NCBI GenBank assembly: GCA_034435615.1
Contig: DAOTWZ010000042.1
Span: 1,936-65,935 of the forward strand
Direction of reading: 5' to 3'
DNA: 64,000 nt
Source: Dehalococcoidia bacterium
Lineage (GTDB): Bacteria; Chloroflexota; Dehalococcoidia; SM23-28-2; HRBIN24
Positions 57,665-64,000 of this stretch are shown in pieces. Numbering within the stretch: the stretch's first letter is position 1; every line of letters starts with the position of its first letter. The position numbers and the translations under genes are program-made. The notes beneath the pieces are model-generated. The model searched no databases. It was not told the origin of the DNA and saw only the letters and a list, made by a program, of their open reading frames with translations.

Positions 57665-58894
57665 CTAGAGCTCGGACATCGCCTCCCGCTCCGGGGAGGA
57701 GGCCGATGAGGGGAGGCCAGTGTGGACCAGCTCCTCCACCAGGACGGCCGCCCTCTCCACCTCCTCCTCCGTGTTGAAGGCGTGGAGGGAGAGTCGGACG
57801 CCGTCCACCACGGGGAGGGTGCGGGCCACCACCCGCCCCCTCTCCCACAGGGCGGCCGTGAGGCCCCAGGCGTCCATCCCGTCCACGCGGAAGGAGACGA
57901 GGCCGGACTGCACCGCTCCCGGGGCCGGGCTCAGGAGCTGGAGACGGGGTATCCCCGCCAGCAGCCGGGAGGCCAGGTCGGCCAGACGGCGGCAGCGCTC
58001 CGCCACCGCCTCTGGCCCCAGACCCAGGTAAAGCTCAATGGCCTTCACCAGCCCCGCCAGGAGGGGGACGCTGCGGGTGGTGAGCTCGAACTTGGCGACG
58101 TCGTCCCGGCAGGGGTCGAGGCGGCCAGCGACGACGTCGTAGTCCTGGGCGGCGCGGTGGGAGACCAGGGGCGGCTCCAGCGAGGGGACGAGGTCCCGCC
58201 GTATGTAGAGGGCGCCGGTGCCGGCGGGGCCCAGCAACCACTTGTGGCCGGGGAAGGAGAAGAAGTCACAGTCCAGAGAGCGGACGTCCACCGGCATCTG
58301 CCCTACCGACTGGGCGGCATCCACCAGGATGAGGGCGCCGGCGGCGTGGGCCATCCGGGCCAGCTCGGCGATGGGCAGGAGCTGGCCGGTGCGGTAGCTG
58401 ACGTGGCTGAGGGCCAGAAGACGGGTGCGGGGACCCATCTGGGCGGCGAAACGCTCCAGCACCTCCTGCGGCGAGAGGGAGGCGTCCAGGACGACCGTCC
58501 TGACGACGATGCCGCGGCGTCGCTGGGCGTAGAGGACGGGGACGGCCACGGAGGGGTGCTCCACCGAGGTGGTGACCACCTCGTCCCCGGGGCGCAGGTC
58601 TAGCCCCCAGAGGACCAGGTTGATGCCGGCGGTGGTGTTCTCCTGGAGGGAGACCTCCTCCGGGGCGGCGCCTATGAGGGCGGCCACCGCCTCCCGCGCC
58701 CGGGCGACGAGGGCGAGGCGACTCTCCATGACGGGGGGCGCCGTGGGGGCCGCTGCCTCTTCCGCCAGGGCCTCCGCCACCGCCTGGAGGACGGGCTGCG
58801 GGGTGGGGCCCTGCCAGCCGGTGTTCATATAGACCAGCCCCTCCAGGCCGGGGAGCTGGGCCCGCAGGGCTGTCACGTCCAGGGGCTGGGCCAC
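57665..58894 (-). CDS. Class V PLP enzyme (lyase/epimerase-like)
   Basis: YMNTG, DAAQSVG, FPGHKWLLGP, RLSLHAFN; no desulfurase Cys loop seen. Confidence 0.85.
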   Translation of the reverse strand: MAQPLDVTALRAQLPGLEGLVYMNTGWQGPTPQPVLQAVAEALAEEAAAPTAPPVMESRLALVARAREAVAALIGAAPEEVSLQENTTAGINLVLWGLDLRPGDEVVTTSVEHPSVAVPVLYAQRRRGIVVRTVVLDASLSPQEVLERFAAQMGPRTRLLALSHVSYRTGQLLPIAELARMAHAAGALILVDAAQSVGQMPVDVRSLDCDFFSFPGHKWLLGPAGTGALYIRRDLVPSLEPPLVSHRAAQDYDVVAGRLDPCRDDVAKFELTTRSVPLLAGLVKAIELYLGLGPEAVAERCRRLADLASRLLAGIPRLQLLSPAPGAVQSGLVSFRVDGMDAWGLTAALWERGRVVARTLPVVDGVRLSLHAFNTEEEVERAAVLVEELVHTGLPSSASSPEREAMSEL

Positions 58895-58925
58895 GGACAG
58901 CCTCGACAGGCTGGCATCCGCAGGG

Positions 58926-59207
58926 CTAGGCGCCGCCGGCGCGGGCCCCCGTCAGGGCATTGAGGCGGGAGGCCAGCCGGGACTTGTGGCGGGCGACGTT
59001 GTTGGGGTGGAGGACGCCTTTCTTGGCGGCCCTGTCCAGGGCGCTGATGGCCGCCCGGACCGCCTCCTGGGCGGCCTGGGCATCGCCAGAGGCGAGCGCC
59101 TCCTCCGCCTTCTTGAGCATCGTCTTGGTGAAGCTCTTGACGGCGCGGTTGCGCTGGCGCCGTTTTATGGACTGACGGTGCGCCTTGGCTGCGGAGTCGA
59201 CGGCCAA
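58926..59207 (-). CDS. rpsT: 30S ribosomal protein S20
   Basis: SAAKAHRQSIKRRQRN, DRAAKKGVLHPNNVARHKSRL. Confidence 0.95.
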   Translation of the reverse strand: MAVDSAAKAHRQSIKRRQRNRAVKSFTKTMLKKAEEALASGDAQAAQEAVRAAISALDRAAKKGVLHPNNVARHKSRLASRLNALTGARAGGA

Positions 59208-59267
59208 GTGTATCCCCCTCTCTTTCCTAAGAGGCTATCATACGGTCTGGGACCCTGAGTGTCTACC

Positions 59268-59579
59268 ATGGCGATGCAGGAAGAGGCGATGGCCCAGCTG
59301 GCGCGGCTCCTGGGACGGTGGGAGCTGGCGGAGGAGCTGGCAGGCCCTGACCAGGGCGAGGCAGCCAGAGAGCGGCTGCGCCGCCTCGTCCGGGGAGAGC
59401 TGTCCCGCCTGGCGGAGGGCCTGCTGCGGGAGGCGGCCGCCTGCGACGATGTGACGGACCGGGCCTCCGCCCTGGCCTACCTGGAGGAGCGGCTCGCCTT
59501 CTTCGGCGATCTGCTGGACGAGGAACAGAGAGCGGAGCTACGGGCCCGCTTCCGCGAGGCGATCCACCGATGGCGCTGA
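59268..59579 (+). CDS. Helical hypothetical protein
   Basis: About 103 aa, divergent from rpsT. Confidence 0.6.
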   Translation: MAMQEEAMAQLARLLGRWELAEELAGPDQGEAARERLRRLVRGELSRLAEGLLREAAACDDVTDRASALAYLEERLAFFGDLLDEEQRAELRARFREAIHRWR

Positions 59580-59586
59580 CGGCCGT

Positions 59587-59714
59587 TTGACGCTTCGGAC
59601 GGGTGATGGCTACACTGGGGAGTGACGGTCTCGTTCTTCCCTGCCGGACAGGAGGCCCGTCCTCTACCGGGACGGGCCTTACGGCGTAAGAGGCGGGGAT
59701 GCTCCACTTGGAGG
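59587..59714 (+). promoter_or_regulatory. ileS promoter and hairpin-rich leader
   Basis: TTGACG, 18 bp, TACACT; 10-bp stem AGGCCCGTCC/GGACGGGCCT (59653-79). Confidence 0.55.
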
Positions 59715-59715
59715 G

Positions 59716-62700
59716 TTGAGGGCCGTGTTCCAGCCAGTCTCCAGCCGGATCCGTTTCCCTGAGCTAGAGCAGGAAATCCTTCGCTTCTGGCGGGAGCGGG
59801 ACATCTTCCGCAAGAGCATAGAGCAGCGGCCGGAAGAGCGCCAGTTCACCTTCTACGAGGGGCCGCCCTATGCCAATGCCAGCCCCGGCATCCATCACGT
59901 TCTGGCCCGCGTCTTCAAGGACGTCATCGTCCGCTACAAGACGATGCAGGGCTACCGCGTGCCCAGGCGCGCCGGCTGGGACACCCACGGCCTGCCGGCG
60001 GAGCTGGAGGTGGAGAAGCAGCTCGGCATCACCAGCAAGGCAGAGATCGAGAGGATCGGCATCGCCGAGTTCAACCGACGTTGCCGGGAGAACGTGATGC
60101 GCTACCTGCGGGAGTGGGAGGCACTGACGGAGCGCATCGCCTTCTGGCTGGACATGGAGAACGCCTACGTCACCTACCGCAACGAGTATATCGAGAGCTG
60201 CTGGTGGATAGTGAAGACGCTGTGGGAACGGGGACTGGTCTACCAGGACTACCGCTCCGTGCCTCACTGCCCTCGCTGCGGCACCGCCCTCTCGGACCAT
60301 GAGGTGGCCCAGGGCTACCGGGAGGACACGCCCGACCCCTCCATCTGGGTGAAGTTCCGGCTGCGGGAGGAGTCTCGCCGGCGGTTGGGACATCTGGCCG
60401 GGGAGCGGCCGGTCTTCCTGCTGGCCTGGACCACCACACCCTGGACACTGCCCGGGAACACGGCCCTGGCCGTCCATCCGGAGGCAGAGTACGCCGTGGT
60501 GGAGCACCAGGGGGAGGCGCTGGTCCTGGCCAGCGCCCTGCTGGGGGCCGTCCTGGACGACTACCGGCTACTGGGCACGCTGAGCGGCCGGGATCTGGTG
60601 GGCCTCCGCTACGAGCCGCTGTACGATGCCCCCTCCTGGGGGACGCTACCCCTGTGGTTCGACCAGGGGCAGGAGGGGAGGCTGGCCCCGGCGCCCTCGG
60701 TGGAGGGAGTGGCGAAGGCCTTCACGGTGGTGGCGGCGGACTTCGTCTCCCTTACGGACGGGACGGGGATCGTCCACATCGCCCCCGCCTTCGGTGGGGA
60801 GGACTTCCAGTTGGGGAAGGAGGAGGGGCTCCTCTTCCTGCAGCCGGTGGACACGCGGGGCGAGTTCACGGGCGGGCCCTTCGCCGGCCTCTTCGTGAAG
60901 GAGGCCGACGAGCGCATCATGGAGGAACTGGCCCAGCGAGGCCTCCTGCTGAGGCGGGAGGTGCTGCGCCACACCTACCCCTTCTGCTGGCGTTGCGGCA
61001 CCCCGCTCCTCTACTACGCCAAGCCCACCTGGTACATCAAGACGACGGCCCGCAAGGAGCGACTGGTGGCCCTGAACGCCGAGATCCAGTGGTATCCAGA
61101 GCACATCAAGTGGGGACGCTTCGGCAACTGGCTCCAAAACAACGTGGACTGGGCTGTCTCCCGCGAGCGCTACTGGGGCATCCCTCTGCCCATCTGGGAG
61201 TGCCAGGGCTGCGGCGAGCGGCGGTGCATAGGCTCGGTGGCGGAGCTGCGGGAGGAGGCCATCGACCGGGAGGCGGTGGAGCGCCTCGATGACCTGCACC
61301 GCCCCTACGTGGACGAGGTGCTACTGCGCTGCCGCCGCTGCCAGGGGACGATGCGCCGGGTTCCCGAGGTGATGGACGTCTGGTTCGACTCCGGCGCCAT
61401 GCCCTACGGCCAGTGGCACTATCCCTTCGAGAACCAGGAGCAGTTCCAGCGCTCCTTCCCCGCCGACTACATCTGCGAGGCGGTGGACCAGACGCGGGGC
61501 TGGTTCTACACCCTGCACGCCCTCTCCACCCTGCTCTTCGATTCCATCAGCTACCGCAATTGCCTCTGCCTGGAGCTGATCCTGGACGAGAAGGGCGAGA
61601 AGATGAGCAAGTCGCGGGGCAACGTAGTGGAGCCCTGGCCGGTCATCGAGGCGCACGGTGCGGATGCCGTGCGCTGGTACATGTTCACCGCCTCGCCACC
61701 CTGGGTGCCCCGCCGCTTCTCGGCCAACCTGGTGGGGGAATCGCTGCGGCGCTTCCTGCTGACCCTCTGGAACACCTACGCCTTCTTCGTCACCTACGCC
61801 AACCTGGACGGGTTCGACCCCACCACGGCCGGGCCCGGCGAGCCCAGCCTCCTGGACCGATGGGTGCTCTCGGAGCTGCAGCGGCTGGTAGACAAGGTGA
61901 CGCGCGACCTGGAGCGCTACAACCCCACCGACGCCGGCCGCGCCATTCAGGACTTCGTGGACGACCTCTCCAACTGGTATGTGCGGCGGAGCCGTCGCCG
62001 CTTCTGGAAGTCGGAGAGCGACGCTGACAAGGTGGCCGCCCACCGCACCCTCTACACATGCCTGGTCACGCTGGCCAAGCTGCTGGCCCCCTTCACGCCC
62101 TTCGTGGCGGAGGCGATATACCGCAACCTGGTCTGCTCTGTGGACGCGGCAGCGCCGGAGAGCGTCCACCTGGCGGACTGGCCGCAGCCTGACCCTGCCC
62201 TGCTGGACGAGGGCCTCATGGCCGATATGCGCCTGGCCATGCGGGTGACCAGCCTGGGGCGGGCGGCCCGCAGCCAGGCCGGCATCAAGGTGCGGCAGCC
62301 CCTCTCCCGCATCGTCGTCAAGACGCGCTACCCGGTGGAGGGGCCAGCCCTGGAGCGGCTGGCCGGCCTGGTGCTGGACGAGCTGAACGTGCGGGAGCTG
62401 CGGGTGGCCGCCACGGAGGAGGAGCTGGCGGGGCTGGCGGTGGCCCGGGACGATGCCGGCTACGCGGTGGGGCTGGACACCACCATCACGCCGGAGCTGG
62501 CGGAGGAGGGACTGGCCCGGGAGCTGGTGCACCGCATCCAGAACCTGCGCAAGGCGGCGGGATTCGATATCTCAGACCGTATCGTCCTCTACTACAGCGG
62601 CTGGGAAGGGCTGCGGCAGGTGCTGGCCCGCCACGGGGACTACGTCCGCCAGGAGACGCTCTCCCTGGAGGTCCGAGAGGACGAGCCGCCGCCGGACGCC

Positions 62701-62763
62701 TACGTTGAGGAGCAGCGGCTGGACGGTCACCCGGTGCGGCTGGCGGTGCGGCGCAGCGGCTGA
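59716..62763 (+). CDS. ileS: Isoleucyl-tRNA synthetase, type 2
   Basis: GPPYANASPGIHH, GWDTHGLP, SRERYWG, KMSKS; C-terminal EGLARELVHRIQNLRK and no C-terminal zinc finger. Confidence 0.96.
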   Translation: MRAVFQPVSSRIRFPELEQEILRFWRERDIFRKSIEQRPEERQFTFYEGPPYANASPGIHHVLARVFKDVIVRYKTMQGYRVPRRAGWDTHGLPAELEVEKQLGITSKAEIERIGIAEFNRRCRENVMRYLREWEALTERIAFWLDMENAYVTYRNEYIESCWWIVKTLWERGLVYQDYRSVPHCPRCGTALSDHEVAQGYREDTPDPSIWVKFRLREESRRRLGHLAGERPVFLLAWTTTPWTLPGNTALAVHPEAEYAVVEHQGEALVLASALLGAVLDDYRLLGTLSGRDLVGLRYEPLYDAPSWGTLPLWFDQGQEGRLAPAPSVEGVAKAFTVVAADFVSLTDGTGIVHIAPAFGGEDFQLGKEEGLLFLQPVDTRGEFTGGPFAGLFVKEADERIMEELAQRGLLLRREVLRHTYPFCWRCGTPLLYYAKPTWYIKTTARKERLVALNAEIQWYPEHIKWGRFGNWLQNNVDWAVSRERYWGIPLPIWECQGCGERRCIGSVAELREEAIDREAVERLDDLHRPYVDEVLLRCRRCQGTMRRVPEVMDVWFDSGAMPYGQWHYPFENQEQFQRSFPADYICEAVDQTRGWFYTLHALSTLLFDSISYRNCLCLELILDEKGEKMSKSRGNVVEPWPVIEAHGADAVRWYMFTASPPWVPRRFSANLVGESLRRFLLTLWNTYAFFVTYANLDGFDPTTAGPGEPSLLDRWVLSELQRLVDKVTRDLERYNPTDAGRAIQDFVDDLSNWYVRRSRRRFWKSESDADKVAAHRTLYTCLVTLAKLLAPFTPFVAEAIYRNLVCSVDAAAPESVHLADWPQPDPALLDEGLMADMRLAMRVTSLGRAARSQAGIKVRQPLSRIVVKTRYPVEGPALERLAGLVLDELNVRELRVAATEEELAGLAVARDDAGYAVGLDTTITPELAEEGLARELVHRIQNLRKAAGFDISDRIVLYYSGWEGLRQVLARHGDYVRQETLSLEVREDEPPPDAYVEEQRLDGHPVRLAVRRSG

Positions 62764-62772
62764 GAGGGCGCT

Positions 62773-63750
62773 TCAGGCGTCGCCGGCCGAGGCGGCCGCG
62801 GGCTGTCTGCCCCGGAGGCGGATGTAGGTGGACGCCACCTCCGCCCCGAAGAGGAAGAGGAGAGCGCTGACGTAGAGCCAGAAGAGGAAGGCGACCACGG
62901 CACCGATGGGGCCGAAGACGGCGCCGAAGTTGGCGAAGTTGCGCAGATAGAAGGCGAAGCCGTGGTCCACCGCCACCAGCAGTAGCGAGCCCACCAGCGC
63001 CCCCGGCCAGACATCGGCAGGGCGCAGCCTGGCCGCCGGCACCACCGAGTAGGCGAAGAGGAAGGCGGCGAAGGTCACCAGGGCGGAGACCAGGACGCTC
63101 ACCGCCACCCAGGCGGGGCCCAGGGACTCGGCCAGGGGGCCGATGACCGGGAGCCGCTCGCTGAACTGCCTGGCCAGGGCCATCAGGAGGGTCACGGCGT
63201 AGGAGCCGCCCAGGAGGAGGGTCAGGACCGTCATGCTGGCCAGGTCCACCAGCTTGCCCAGGAGGAGCGACCTTCCCTTCTCCACGCCGAAGACGATGTT
63301 CAGGGAGCGGCGGAGGGCGCCGAAGACGTTGCTGGCAGACCAGGCGAAGGAGAGCAGGCCGAAGATGCCCAGCCCGGCCGCCGCTCCCTCCAGGTGCCGG
63401 AGGACATCCCTGACACTGCTCTGGCCCTCGGTCTCGCTGAGGGGCACGGCTTCCAGGGCCGCTTCCACCAGCCGCTCCCGGACGCCGGCGTCCTGGACGA
63501 AGAAGCCCAGGAGGGCCAGGGCCAGGATGGCCAGAGGGAAGAGGGAGAAGAGACCGTAGTAGGCGAGGGCGGCCGCCATCATGGAGGCGTTATCGTCCAG
63601 GAAGCGTCGCACCGCCTGAACGATGAGGGCGGGGACGGCCAGGGGAAGGCGCAGGGGCGGTTCGGCGGCCCGCTCCAGGCGCTCCCGGGCGTAGGCCGGC
63701 CAGCGGGCCAGAAAGCCGAGTCCTGGCATGAATTTCGCCTCGTGTTCCAT
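62773..63750 (-). CDS. YihY/BrkB family membrane protein
   Basis: AAALAYYGLFSLFP, FGPIGAVVAFLFWLY, FGAEV. Confidence 0.9.
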   Translation of the reverse strand: MEHEAKFMPGLGFLARWPAYARERLERAAEPPLRLPLAVPALIVQAVRRFLDDNASMMAAALAYYGLFSLFPLAILALALLGFFVQDAGVRERLVEAALEAVPLSETEGQSSVRDVLRHLEGAAAGLGIFGLLSFAWSASNVFGALRRSLNIVFGVEKGRSLLLGKLVDLASMTVLTLLLGGSYAVTLLMALARQFSERLPVIGPLAESLGPAWVAVSVLVSALVTFAAFLFAYSVVPAARLRPADVWPGALVGSLLLVAVDHGFAFYLRNFANFGAVFGPIGAVVAFLFWLYVSALLFLFGAEVASTYIRLRGRQPAAASAGDA

Positions 63751-63781
63751 GATACCGCGTCGGCGCCGGGGGCGTTCCAGC

Positions 63782-63811
63782 TTGACGGAAGGTTTACCAG
63801 GTGGCCATACT
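63782..63811 (+). promoter_or_regulatory. Sigma70-type promoter
   Basis: TTGACG, 18 bp, CATACT. Confidence 0.55.
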
Positions 63812-63834
63812 CGAGAAGTCGGAGGGGCCCGGCG

Positions 63835-64000
63835 ATGACCCGCCTCGGCGAGACGCTACGGGAGGCCCGGCGCCAGCGAGGGCTCAGCCTCGAGGAGGCG
63901 GAGCGGGCCACCCGTATACCCCGCCAGTACCTCCTGGCCCTGGAGGACGAGCGGTTCTCGCAGTTGCCGCCCCCGGTCTACGCGCGGGGCTTCCTGCGCT
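63835..64000 (+). CDS. RodZ-like HTH protein, truncated by the window end
   Basis: LGETLREARRQRGLSLEEAERATRIPRQYLLALED...YARGFLR. Confidence 0.85.
   Translation, partial: MTRLGETLREARRQRGLSLEEAERATRIPRQYLLALEDERFSQLPPPVYARGFLR

Noticed and set aside
59617-59715. T-box riboswitch
   Set aside because: No T-box bulge sequence or stem I motifs, and the leader is too short

Overview
High-GC bacterial chromosome segment. Gene content and protein style suggest a thermophilic Chloroflexota, probably Dehalococcoidia-like (inference, no search run). Most of the window is housekeeping: comM, otsBA, tRNA-Arg, dodecin, PPIase, tatA, nfo, ECF and LysR regulators, a FabF/hotdog/acyltransferase lipid cluster, DUF1015-serA-serC, selA, AMMECR1/Memo, mutS2, cofD-cofC-nitroreductases (F420), rarA, two crotonase paralogs, ribE/ribBA/ribH, lysA, holB, speD, the rpmH-rnpA-yidD-(beta-propeller)-yidC-jag cluster, alr, LCP, rpsT and ileS. 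The main accessory feature is a ~7.5 kb element (32356-39882) integrated in tRNA-Ile2(CAT) and bounded by a 73-bp direct repeat. It encodes a tyrosine integrase, a wHTH replication initiator with five palindromic iterons inside its gene, an SSB-like protein, several Cys-rich proteins, a sigma-region-4 protein and two tiny unannotated ORFs. No capsid, terminase, primase, relaxase or T4SS gene is recognisable, so it may be an undescribed satellite or integrative plasmid family. Other leads: a possible +1 frameshift extending the Rep at CCC-AUA, a rod-like RNA with a hammerhead core upstream of the ECF gene, a beta-propeller lipoprotein coupled to yidC, and DUF1015 as a possible substitute for SerB. 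Several start codons were re-chosen by eye relative to the ORF track.
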